Positions 47,009 to 56,238 of a stretch of DNA of 64,000 bases are shown piece by piece. This DNA comes from Candidatus Buchananbacteria bacterium (lineage in GTDB: Bacteria; Patescibacteriota; Patescibacteriia; Buchananbacterales; UBA6539). A program made the position numbers and the translations under genes. Under the pieces are notes generated by a model that was given only the letters and a program-made list of their open reading frames with translations, was not told the origin of the DNA and ran no database searches. Location of the stretch: NCBI GenBank assembly GCA_041664165.1, contig JBAYLH010000005.1, positions 344 to 64,343 on the forward strand, read 5' to 3'. Position 1 is the first letter of the stretch; every line of letters begins with the position of its first letter.

Positions 47009-48334
47009 TTATTTTATTTTTCTAATTATTCCTTCATCGGCATCAACCTCAATTCTGTCACCGTCTTTAAAGACTTTCGTTGCTATTTCGGTACCAACCA
47101 CACAGGGAATTTTCAGCTCCCGGGCGACAATGGCCGAATGCGAAGTAAAGCCTCCGATATCGGCCACAATGGCTGAAACTTTATGCAAAACCGGCATATA
47201 ATCTGGCATGGTAATTTCACAAACAATAATATCACCTTTTTTTACCTTGTTGAACTCGGCCGTTGAAAGCACAACTTTTGCGATTCCTCGGACAATGCCG
47301 GCAGAAACGCCTTTGCCAGAAACTTGATCTTTTTTTTCGAAAACTCGGTTAAAAAGTTGGTAAATTTTGGCCGCCGGCTCGCCGGTATAAATATTATTTT
47401 TAATGTTGACATACCGCTTCTGTCGCAAAGTCAAATCAACTGGAATTTTTTTAGCCATAACTTCTTGGGGTTTGAGATGAATTAATTCGTCACAACTCAA
47501 ACCCAGCCGCCGGCCCAGCTCTTTGAACAAAGGATAAAAATTATAAATGCCGCGCAGAAATTGTTCAAACCGAAAATCTCGAATGTAAAGCAATCTCTGT
47601 GAAATCTCAGCTTGTTTTTTTAGTCCGGCCGGCAATTTTTTATATATCTGAAAATAACGTTTTTCGGAATTTTGATGCTGCTTTTCCATTTCCGCCAATT
47701 CCTTTTTGGGATTTTTGATGGCGGCTAGCTGTTCTTTGAGGTAAAAATCATCGACAGTTTTAAAAGCCGCCAATTCAATATTGCTCCAAGCCCATTTGGT
47801 TTTAAACTCGCTTTTTTTTATTTGGCCAGACCTGAGAAGCAATAAATCCTTTTTTCGGCGCTGGTTGTAAGTGTTGGATAAAGGGTAGGTTAAAGCGTCA
47901 AATTCTTTATTGGTTAAACCGAATCGCAAAAGCGAATTGATTAATTTTTTCTCAAAATGATATGAGGCATAAACAGAAATATCAATGATCCTTAAATAAT
48001 TGCCCCAAAGCCGATAACACTCCTTAAACGATTTAACTAGGCTGGGCCAACTAGCCTCGACAAAACTTCTCCTATATTTTTTTGAGGCGGCGACATATTC
48101 CCGCGCTCGCTTGTCAATTAAATTTATAACCTTTACGATTTCTTGATCCGATAAATAATATTTGGCTAAATCTTTTTTACTAAAAAACCATTGACCGTCA
48201 AGATAAATTAGTTCGACATTGCTAAAGCCGTCTTTAGCCATTCTTTGCCTTTCCCTAATTTCGGCCGATGACAAAAAAACTGATTCTTTGCCATAAAAAA
48301 GTTTAATGTAATTTTTCGGGTTAAGCTTAATCAT
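47009..48334 (-). CDS. Variable-domain + phospho-His swivel protein 3
   Basis: IIVCEITMP...ADIGGFTSHSAIVARELKIPC. Confidence 0.9.
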   Translation of the reverse strand: MIKLNPKNYIKLFYGKESVFLSSAEIRERQRMAKDGFSNVELIYLDGQWFFSKKDLAKYYLSDQEIVKVINLIDKRAREYVAASKKYRRSFVEASWPSLVKSFKECYRLWGNYLRIIDISVYASYHFEKKLINSLLRFGLTNKEFDALTYPLSNTYNQRRKKDLLLLRSGQIKKSEFKTKWAWSNIELAAFKTVDDFYLKEQLAAIKNPKKELAEMEKQHQNSEKRYFQIYKKLPAGLKKQAEISQRLLYIRDFRFEQFLRGIYNFYPLFKELGRRLGLSCDELIHLKPQEVMAKKIPVDLTLRQKRYVNIKNNIYTGEPAAKIYQLFNRVFEKKDQVSGKGVSAGIVRGIAKVVLSTAEFNKVKKGDIIVCEITMPDYMPVLHKVSAIVADIGGFTSHSAIVARELKIPCVVGTEIATKVFKDGDRIEVDADEGIIRKIK

Positions 48335-49791
48335 TATATTTTTTTAACTATTCCCTCATTGGCATCAACTTCAATCCTATCCCCTGTCTTAAAAACTTGA
48401 GTGGCAATTTTAGTTCCGACAATGCACGGGATACCAAGCTCGCGCGAGACAATGGCCGCGTGACAAGTAATACCGCCATCATCCGTAACAATGGCGGCGG
48501 CTTGGCGCATGGCCGGCAAATAGTCAATGGTAGTCATTGACGCCACTAAAACACCGCCCTTTTTGACGATTTTTAAAGCTTCTCTGGCTCCTTTTACCAC
48601 AAAAGCTTGCCCTACCACCTTGCCTCGGCTAGCTGAAACACCGGTAACCTGAGAAGTTTTACTGGCCTTAATTTCTGAAAGAACCAATTTATCTAAAATT
48701 TTCTTTGCTTCCAAGCCTAAATATTCTTTGATTTTTCCTCGTTTAATCACCCAGGTTAAACCCTGCTGGCGTTCAGCAATCAGCGATTTATCAACTTTAA
48801 TATTTTTTAAACACAAATTTTTAATCTCCGAATTATCATAAAATACCAAATCTCGATATTTAAGTTTAAACCTTTTTGCCATCATTCGCAAAGCCGGAAA
48901 AATAATCTGGTTAGAACGCATTTGCGTTTCCTTTCGCCAGTCATGAAACATGGCAAAAGCATCCAAGAGATGAAAATATGGCTTTAGTTTTCCAAAAGAC
49001 AAATGATATTTATTTACCAAATCATTTCTTCCGGCTTCAACTGATTTAATAAAATTATTAATTCGTTTCAATTCCTCGCTTCTTAAATCAAAACTTTTTA
49101 TTTTCAATTTTTTTATGTCTTTTTCAATGCGGCCGACAGTCAGTTCATTGCTGCCGTCCCAGCCCATCATAATCCAGCCAAAACGCTTAGCCATTTTTTT
49201 CAAATCAGCCTGACTAACAATTTTATTCAGGGAAAATTGCAAAAGATTTTTTTTATAAAGCAAACTTTCGGAAATATAGGCGGGTTCCATCAATTGGCCT
49301 AAATCGGTTTGATTAATTTTGTTTTTGGCCATTAATTGCAGCTTTTCGCTAAAAATTTTACCAAAAAAATCATCAAATAAATCGGTAGTATATTCGGAAA
49401 AACTAATGCTTTTTAAAAACACCTGCTGGGCTTGGCGATACAAATTATACAGTTCCTGATCGGTTATATTTTTTAATTCGGCATCTCTCAAAGGCAGTAA
49501 AATTGTTTTGACCTCGCATTGGGATTTCCGGTATAAAGAAAAAATTTTATTGAATTCGGTTTTATCGGTTAGCCATTTTTTTAACCAGCGGCGCAGGGTT
49601 TTTTCCAAATAATCAGCATCGCGCGACCAGTAAAAATAATCCTGGCAATAAGCCATGACTTCATAATGATTGGCCAAATAAGGATATTTTTTCGAAGGCG
49701 AAAGCTTAATCAAATCCAAATAAGCCGACATACCTTGCGGATAAAGCCGATCCCGCTCGTAAACCCGCCAATTGATTTTTTTAGTAGGCAT
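48334..49791 (-). CDS. Variable-domain + phospho-His swivel protein 4
   Basis: VLVASMTT...TDDGGITCHAAIVSRELGIPC. Confidence 0.9.
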   Translation of the reverse strand: MPTKKINWRVYERDRLYPQGMSAYLDLIKLSPSKKYPYLANHYEVMAYCQDYFYWSRDADYLEKTLRRWLKKWLTDKTEFNKIFSLYRKSQCEVKTILLPLRDAELKNITDQELYNLYRQAQQVFLKSISFSEYTTDLFDDFFGKIFSEKLQLMAKNKINQTDLGQLMEPAYISESLLYKKNLLQFSLNKIVSQADLKKMAKRFGWIMMGWDGSNELTVGRIEKDIKKLKIKSFDLRSEELKRINNFIKSVEAGRNDLVNKYHLSFGKLKPYFHLLDAFAMFHDWRKETQMRSNQIIFPALRMMAKRFKLKYRDLVFYDNSEIKNLCLKNIKVDKSLIAERQQGLTWVIKRGKIKEYLGLEAKKILDKLVLSEIKASKTSQVTGVSASRGKVVGQAFVVKGAREALKIVKKGGVLVASMTTIDYLPAMRQAAAIVTDDGGITCHAAIVSRELGIPCIVGTKIATQVFKTGDRIEVDANEGIVKKI

Positions 49792-49792
49792 A

Positions 49793-51346
49793 TTATTTAA
49801 TTTTTTTCACTGTGCCGTTATTCATATCCATTTCAATCAAATCGTTGTTTTTTAAAATTCTAGTTGCTGTTTTTGTCCCAATAATACAGGGAACCCCAAG
49901 CTCCCGAGACACAATCGCTGCGTGGCACGTCAAACCGCCTTCGTCAGTGACAATGGCTTTGACCCGGCGCAACAAAGGCAAAAATTCCGGCCGCGTCATA
50001 GTAGTAACTAAGATATTTCCAGCTTTAAAATTCTGCCGATTAACGTCCAAAATAACCTGTGCCTTACCGCTGATTTTTTCAACCGGCGCACAAGCCACTT
50101 GGCCTTTTATTTCCGTACCGTTTAAAATTTTTGAAAACAAATTATAAATTGATTTAGCCTGGCCGCCATAAAAAATTTTTTCTTCACAGCGCCAGTTTTT
50201 TGACCGAATCACAACTTGGGCTGAAAATTTCCGCCTTGATTCTAACAAAGCAGTAAGCACTTTTTTGTTGTTTATAAGCAAATCATGAAATTCCTCTGAC
50301 GTATAGTATTTGACCAAGCCGACATCTTGTTTAAATCGTTTAGCAACTTGCTGACAAAAAATTTCGTTATAATGATCAGCTATTGTCATAAATTTTTTCC
50401 GGTCATCTATCCATTCTGCCATATAAGCTACGATTAAAAAATGCCGTTTTAAATTTTTAGAAAAATTATATTGTTTTAGGTATTTTTTCTTGGCTTGTTT
50501 GAGTCGGGAAACTTTTGTTGAAAAATTATTAAATATTGCCAATAATTCATTTTTAGTTTTCTCTAATGCCAAAATTTTCATCCGATCTAAAAAATACTGC
50601 TCATCTAATATCTGAGCTTTTTGAAAATTATTACCAATCCAAAAATAGCTTTTAACTAATTTTTTAAGTATTATTCGTAAAGTCGGCAGTTTTAAAATAA
50701 TTTTTTCAGATTCAATTTTGTTTTTGTCTGATAAAATTTTGTAGGCCAAAATTGCTCCCTTGAAAATTAGATACTCTTCTTTTTCTAAAAATGACAACTT
50801 TACCGGCGCGGAAAAAGTTATGGCAATATCCAAAGCTTTATTTTCAGATAAGCCGGAAGTTTCTTTTTTAATTAACCCAATCAATTTTTCGCTGGAAAAA
50901 ATATCAGTACACTCTAAAGCCATGCCATAGCGAATAAAATCCATATAAGCTTTTTCACCATAAAAATTTTGATAAAACTTCCATAATTGTTTATTATTGA
51001 CATTGGAAATATTTTTTTCCAATATTTTGCCAGCCGCTAGAAAATGACTGACAAATTTTTCACTGGCCTTTCTCAAATTTTTTAAATAATTTTTATTTTT
51101 TAAAACCTGATCATAAATATAATAATAAACCTTTAATTTCTCATCGGCTGGAGTCAATTCGGAAAAAAAATCATTGCGATAGATAAAAACAGACAAGGTT
51201 AGATATTTTGGATGAAAATATTTAGCTTGCTCAATAAAAGCTCTAAGTGGCCATCCAACGAAAGCGTAAACCCCTGGCGCTTCTTCCAACCACCAAGTAT
51301 GATTATTAATCTCTTCTAATACTGATGACAAATTAATATTTTTCAT
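49793..51346 (-). CDS. Variable-domain + phospho-His swivel protein 5
   Basis: ILVTTMTRP...TDEGGLTCHAAIVSRELGVPC. Confidence 0.9.
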   Translation of the reverse strand: MKNINLSSVLEEINNHTWWLEEAPGVYAFVGWPLRAFIEQAKYFHPKYLTLSVFIYRNDFFSELTPADEKLKVYYYIYDQVLKNKNYLKNLRKASEKFVSHFLAAGKILEKNISNVNNKQLWKFYQNFYGEKAYMDFIRYGMALECTDIFSSEKLIGLIKKETSGLSENKALDIAITFSAPVKLSFLEKEEYLIFKGAILAYKILSDKNKIESEKIILKLPTLRIILKKLVKSYFWIGNNFQKAQILDEQYFLDRMKILALEKTKNELLAIFNNFSTKVSRLKQAKKKYLKQYNFSKNLKRHFLIVAYMAEWIDDRKKFMTIADHYNEIFCQQVAKRFKQDVGLVKYYTSEEFHDLLINNKKVLTALLESRRKFSAQVVIRSKNWRCEEKIFYGGQAKSIYNLFSKILNGTEIKGQVACAPVEKISGKAQVILDVNRQNFKAGNILVTTMTRPEFLPLLRRVKAIVTDEGGLTCHAAIVSRELGVPCIIGTKTATRILKNNDLIEMDMNNGTVKKIK

Positions 51347-52809
51347 ATTTTTTTAACTGTCCCCTTGCCAGTATCAACTTCTACCAAGTCCCCGTCTTTC
51401 AAAACCTTGGTGGCAATTTTGGTGCCGACAATGCACGGTATGCCAAGCTCGCGCGAAACAATGGCCGCGTGGCTAGTCATCCCGCCTTCGTCAGTGATAA
51501 TGGCGGCGGCCTTTTTAATCACGACAATATAATCGGGCGAAGTCATCGGGGTGACTAAAATTTCGCCTTTTTCCATGGTTTTGAAATCAGCGGCGGAATT
51601 TATAATCCTGACTTTCGCCGCAACTTTTTTGCCGCGGCTGACCACCAAACCCTTAAATTCACTGATTTTTTTATTGGCGGCCTTTGCCGCGGGCGGAATA
51701 AATTGAGCGATAATCTTTTTTGCCGGCGCGCCGGAAACATATTTCAAAGAATTGCTATTCTGCGAATAATGAACGACTAAATAATTCTGCCGACTTTTGA
51801 TTTCTTCGGCGGAAATTTTTTTACCCTTCTCGGCCAAATCCAAAGTCTCATAAACATTGTAAAAATGCAGATCATTAAAACTCAGGCCGTATCGTCTGGC
51901 AAATTCAGCCAAAAATAAGTCAATATAATGATTGGCCAAAAAAATGTAATATTTCCTTAAATCTTGCCACCAAACGCAAAAACTCAAACGGCTGGCGATT
52001 TTTTTAATTACCGGCGTAATTTTATATTTCCTGGCCAATTCGTCTTTTTCCTTTTTCACCCGCCGACTGAAAAATTCTAATTCTTTAATTTTAGCTTGGG
52101 CTTTTTTCAAGCTATAACCGGCCAGTTCATTTTCAAAATATTTTCTATCTAAAATTTTAGTATGATGATAGCTGTTTAAAAGCCAAAAATGGTTTTTTTG
52201 ATAATTAACTAATTTACTTTCGAATAAGGCCTGACGCTTTTCATATTTTTTTAATTTTAGCAGCTCCAAATCCGCCTTTTGATAAAAAGATAAATTTTCC
52301 GGAGCCGACAACCTTTCAAAAACAAAAATAAAATCTTTTGGCTGAATTATTTTTTCCAAAATTTTTTTTAAAATATCCTCCGCTCCCCAATTCGCGACTT
52401 CCGGCAATAAACCGAATTTCCAGAAATTGACATAAGCTTTGACCCAATTTTTATAAAATTTCGCCAGCTGCCGGTCGGTTAAATTCCTCAGCCGATCTTT
52501 TGTTATATCTTTTTGCAAATCCAACAAAAGATTAACGCTATTATGCCATAGCCCATAATACCGTTTTAAATTTTTACCAGCCAAAACAAACCGATTAAAA
52601 TTATTCCGCCCGCTTTTTCTTAAATTGGCAAAATCGACTATGGCAATCATTTTGTCCGGATAATATTCCAGCCATAAAACATCGGGCCAGCTATAAAAAG
52701 TTTTTTGGTACTGCGTGAAAGCTACATTAAAAAAATCGGGGTAAATCAACTTGCCGTCAATCGGACCCCAACGAAATAATTCCGCCTTCGGGTTGATATC
52801 AATCTTCAT
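51343..52809 (-). CDS. Variable-domain + phospho-His swivel protein 6
   Basis: ILVTPMTSP...TDEGGMTSHAAIVSRELGIPC. Confidence 0.9.
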   Translation of the reverse strand: MKIDINPKAELFRWGPIDGKLIYPDFFNVAFTQYQKTFYSWPDVLWLEYYPDKMIAIVDFANLRKSGRNNFNRFVLAGKNLKRYYGLWHNSVNLLLDLQKDITKDRLRNLTDRQLAKFYKNWVKAYVNFWKFGLLPEVANWGAEDILKKILEKIIQPKDFIFVFERLSAPENLSFYQKADLELLKLKKYEKRQALFESKLVNYQKNHFWLLNSYHHTKILDRKYFENELAGYSLKKAQAKIKELEFFSRRVKKEKDELARKYKITPVIKKIASRLSFCVWWQDLRKYYIFLANHYIDLFLAEFARRYGLSFNDLHFYNVYETLDLAEKGKKISAEEIKSRQNYLVVHYSQNSNSLKYVSGAPAKKIIAQFIPPAAKAANKKISEFKGLVVSRGKKVAAKVRIINSAADFKTMEKGEILVTPMTSPDYIVVIKKAAAIITDEGGMTSHAAIVSRELGIPCIVGTKIATKVLKDGDLVEVDTGKGTVKKI

Positions 52810-52857
52810 ATTTTAGCAAAAAAAGTGACTAAAACTTGCCCTGGAGTTAAACGCTAT

Positions 52858-53163
52858 TTATTTCCTCGCTACCGTCGCATACTCAAAAAACATTTTCTCC
52901 AAATCAGGCAAAGCCACCGAATAATTCCCGGCGGCGGAATAAATATCGGCCAAAACTTCTTTCAGCCGGCCGATTTCACCGCTATGCCCGACATTTTTTC
53001 TGTCTGCCAAAGTCAAATCAAGCAAATCAAAAGACCTCTCTAGCGAAGAATTACGCTTTTTAATCTCGCCTTTATCCTCAAAATATCTTGCCCGAGAGAC
53101 TTCGCTGCCGATATTTCCCAGTTGCTCAAAAATATTCAATTTTTGCCATTTCTCCAGCTCCAT
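52858..53163 (-). CDS. Small helical hypothetical protein
   Basis: EQLGNIGSEVSRA...LDLTLAD...EIGRLKE; tightly coupled to the upstream gene. Confidence 0.65.
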   Translation of the reverse strand: MELEKWQKLNIFEQLGNIGSEVSRARYFEDKGEIKKRNSSLERSFDLLDLTLADRKNVGHSGEIGRLKEVLADIYSAAGNYSVALPDLEKMFFEYATVARK

Positions 53164-53164
53164 A

Positions 53165-53509
53165 CTAAATAACCAAGTTATCAATTATCTTTCTAATTTT
53201 TTCCTTTACTTCCGGAATTTCAATCATCATTGATCGATTCTCCCTTTTTGGACTGATGTTAATCAGCGAAGAAAAAATAATCAAATCTTGCCGGGAGTTT
53301 TCCGGATAAAGATTTATCCCCCATAAATCATGCTGGTCCGAACCCGCTTGCAATAAAATCTCTTCCGCATCGGCATGCAGATCGCCGCCTAAAGCAAAAA
53401 TTTCTTTTTTGATGTCAACTACGGCTTTAACCATGTCACCATAGCTCTCCTCGGCTGCCTGCTTTACCTCTGACAAAGAAATTTTTTCCTTAATAATCTT
53501 AATTTCCAT
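53165..53509 (-). CDS. DUF5674-like protein
   Basis: KAVVDI, GGDLHADAE, LWGINLYP, SLINISP. Confidence 0.72.
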   Translation of the reverse strand: MEIKIIKEKISLSEVKQAAEESYGDMVKAVVDIKKEIFALGGDLHADAEEILLQAGSDQHDLWGINLYPENSRQDLIIFSSLINISPKRENRSMMIEIPEVKEKIRKIIDNLVI

Positions 53510-53513
53510 AGAG

Positions 53514-54824
53514 TTATTTTTGTTTAAAACGCAAGACTTCCAAAGCCTTGTCTAGCTGTGGGTCTTTATCCGCGTCATAATCTTCTTTGGTCAATTTGAC
53601 TTCAATATTGGGTTTAGTGCCGGCTTCGTTGATATTTTTGCCGTTGGGCGTCAGCCATTCGGCAATGGTCAATTTCACGGCTGAACCATCCGGGAAATTC
53701 TTTAAGTCCTGAACCGAACCTTTGCCGAAAGTCGTTTCGCCGATCAAAGTCGCCACGCCGTAATCCTGCAAAGCGCCGGCCACAATTTCCGAACCGGAAG
53801 CGCTGCCTTTATTAACCAAGACCACGGTGGGAATGCCTTCAAACCGAGGCTGCCGATTGCCGCTGTGGGCGATTTTATCGCCGTTGCGCAAACGCTCAAA
53901 AACCACGGTTTTACCATTGATCCATTCGCCGGCCACTTCAATGGCCGTATTCAAATAGCCGCCCGGATTATTGCGCAAATCCAAAATTATGCCCTTAGGA
54001 TTGGCGGCTAAAACGTCCTGAACGGTTTTATTCCAGTCCGCCAAGGTATTTTCATTAAAGTAAAGTAATTCAATATCGGCAATATCCCCTGCTTTCAGTT
54101 CAAAGCTTTTGTCGGCCGCCGCCACGGTTTTACCGCTGCTGTCTTTGCGGGAAAATTTAACGCTGTCAATTTCAATTTTACCCCGAGTGATTTTTACTTC
54201 CCGCGGCTCTTTATCGCCGTTACTGACCACCGTTAAAGTTACGGCTGTCCCCTGTTCGCCCCGGATCAGGTTGACCGCGTAGTCAAGGGCGATACCGGCA
54301 GTATCTTTGCCATCAATAGCCAAAACCTTATCACCGGCTTTTAAACCGGCTTTATCGGCCGGCGTGCCTGGCAGCGGCGCGATGATTGTCAGTTGGTTGT
54401 CTTTTAAACCGATTTCCGCGCCAATCCCCTCAAAACTGCCGGACAGCTCCTGTTCGAATTTTTTTGAAATTTCGGGGTCTAAAAACACCGAGTACGGATC
54501 TTTAAGCGAGGCCACGATTCCGGCTAGCGCGCCATAAAACATCTGGGATTCGGAAACATCGGCTTTGACATAATTATTTTTGACATAACTCCAAATTTGC
54601 CAAAATTCCTGAAAGTCGACATCTTTGCTTAGATATTCCGGCGCGGGCTGCTCCGTATTTAAAACTTTACCTTTGGCTGAATTAGCTTGTTTAATTTCCG
54701 GTAAACGACCAAAAATAAAACCAGCTCCGAAAATCAAGCCAACCAAAATAATTAGAGAATAAATTTTCAGAATTGCGCTAAATGATTTTTTTCGCGGTTT
54801 TTCGGGATTTAAGATTGATGGCAT
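53514..54824 (-). CDS. ctpA: S41 C-terminal processing protease with PDZ domain
   Basis: DPYS, GIGAEI, LDLRNNPGG, SASGSEI, TFGKGSVQ. Confidence 0.93.
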   Translation of the reverse strand: MPSILNPEKPRKKSFSAILKIYSLIILVGLIFGAGFIFGRLPEIKQANSAKGKVLNTEQPAPEYLSKDVDFQEFWQIWSYVKNNYVKADVSESQMFYGALAGIVASLKDPYSVFLDPEISKKFEQELSGSFEGIGAEIGLKDNQLTIIAPLPGTPADKAGLKAGDKVLAIDGKDTAGIALDYAVNLIRGEQGTAVTLTVVSNGDKEPREVKITRGKIEIDSVKFSRKDSSGKTVAAADKSFELKAGDIADIELLYFNENTLADWNKTVQDVLAANPKGIILDLRNNPGGYLNTAIEVAGEWINGKTVVFERLRNGDKIAHSGNRQPRFEGIPTVVLVNKGSASGSEIVAGALQDYGVATLIGETTFGKGSVQDLKNFPDGSAVKLTIAEWLTPNGKNINEAGTKPNIEVKLTKEDYDADKDPQLDKALEVLRFKQK

Positions 54825-54841
54825 TTATTTTTATTTAAAAA

Positions 54842-56146
54842 TTAATCAATTTTTTCAATTTTCGCCCCGACTTCGCTCAAACGGCTGCATAAATCTTGGT
54901 AGCCTCTTTCAATCGAATAAATATTTCGCAGGATTGATTTGCCCGAAGCCGCCAGCATGGCAACTAAAATTATCGTTGACGGCCGCAACGCCGGCGGACA
55001 CATGACTTCAGCCGCTTTCAATTTTGTCGGGCCGGTAACGTAAGCCCGGTGAGGATCAGCCAATTCAATGTTAGCGCCCAGCCGATTTAACTCGGTATAA
55101 TAAATCGCCCGATTTTCATAGACCCAGTCAAAAATCAAAGTCCGCCCTTTGGCTTGAGTCGCAATGGGGACAAAAAACGGCAAGTTATCGATATTTAAGC
55201 CAGGATACGGCCGGGCGTAAATTTTTTCTTCCAGGGCGACTAATTTTGACGGCAGAGTTTTAATGTCAACTAGCAAAGTTTTGCCATTTTTAGCTTTATA
55301 GATTTTTGAAACACTGAACTTAAACCCCATTCTTTTTAGTTTAAGCAATTCCAGCTGTAAAAATTCAATCGGGCAGCGTTTAATAGTTAAAGCGGAATTA
55401 GTCGTGGCGGCAATGGCCAAGAAAAGCATTGACTCAATCGGATCTTCGCTCAAATAATAAGTTACATTTTTATTGATATTTTTCTGGCCGCTGATTTCTA
55501 GTGTTGAATTGCCGATGCCGGTTACTTTGACGCCCAATTTCTGTAAAAAGTAGCAAAGATCCTGAACCTGATAATTGGCCGAGGCAAAATTAATTTTGGT
55601 TTTACCCGGAATTTTGGCGGCGGCTAGCATCGCATTTTCCGTGACGGTATCGCCTGATTCATATAAAACAAATTCGCCGCCGGCCTTTAACTTTGCCGCG
55701 CTGACTTTGTAATATTTAGCCAGGGTATCAATTTTAATGCCAAAATTTTCCAAAGCGTCTAAATGAGGCCGGACGGTCCTTTTGCCGAGCCGGCAACCGC
55801 CCGGCTGCGGCACTAAAAAAGTCTTTTGCCAATTCGGCATGATTGCCAATAAAAACAAAACGCTTCTGGTCTTAACCGCTGACTCATAATTAATTTTTGC
55901 CAAATCTATTTTTTTCGGCGGAATAATGACAATATTTTTACCGGCTTGCCATTTGACAGCCACGCCGATACTCTGTAATACTTCAATAATCCGATTAACC
56001 TCTTCGATTTTTGGCACATTCATTAGCGTTGTTTTGCCTTTGTTCAGCAAAGCGGCAAAAAGCAAAACCACGGCGGCATTTTTGGAAGTATTAGTTGTTA
56101 AGACTCCCTGAAGTTTTTTACCGCCGGTGATTAGATAATTTGGCAT
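54842..56146 (-). CDS. murA: UDP-N-acetylglucosamine 1-carboxyvinyltransferase
   Basis: SKNAA, PGGCRLGKR, TVTEN, PYPG, YENR, IERGY. Confidence 0.93.
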   Translation of the reverse strand: MPNYLITGGKKLQGVLTTNTSKNAAVVLLFAALLNKGKTTLMNVPKIEEVNRIIEVLQSIGVAVKWQAGKNIVIIPPKKIDLAKINYESAVKTRSVLFLLAIMPNWQKTFLVPQPGGCRLGKRTVRPHLDALENFGIKIDTLAKYYKVSAAKLKAGGEFVLYESGDTVTENAMLAAAKIPGKTKINFASANYQVQDLCYFLQKLGVKVTGIGNSTLEISGQKNINKNVTYYLSEDPIESMLFLAIAATTNSALTIKRCPIEFLQLELLKLKRMGFKFSVSKIYKAKNGKTLLVDIKTLPSKLVALEEKIYARPYPGLNIDNLPFFVPIATQAKGRTLIFDWVYENRAIYYTELNRLGANIELADPHRAYVTGPTKLKAAEVMCPPALRPSTIILVAMLAASGKSILRNIYSIERGYQDLCSRLSEVGAKIEKID

Positions 56147-56238
56147 ATTTGAGTAGAAATAAAATTAAAAATCTGGTAAGATTTAATTAGGTTTACTTCC
56201 CAATTTTACAATTTTTTAAGCCTTTTTACAAGTGCCTT

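Noticed and set aside
37792-52809. Calling the array genes ppsA (PEP synthase) or PTS enzyme I
   Set aside because: No C-terminal PEP/pyruvate-binding barrel is encoded, and the domain order (variable domain then terminal His swivel) does not fit
44571-52809. Diversity-generating retroelement or integron as the source of the paralog array
   Set aside because: No reverse transcriptase, no adenine-specific TR/VR pair and no integrase seen; the genes abut with no room for attC sites
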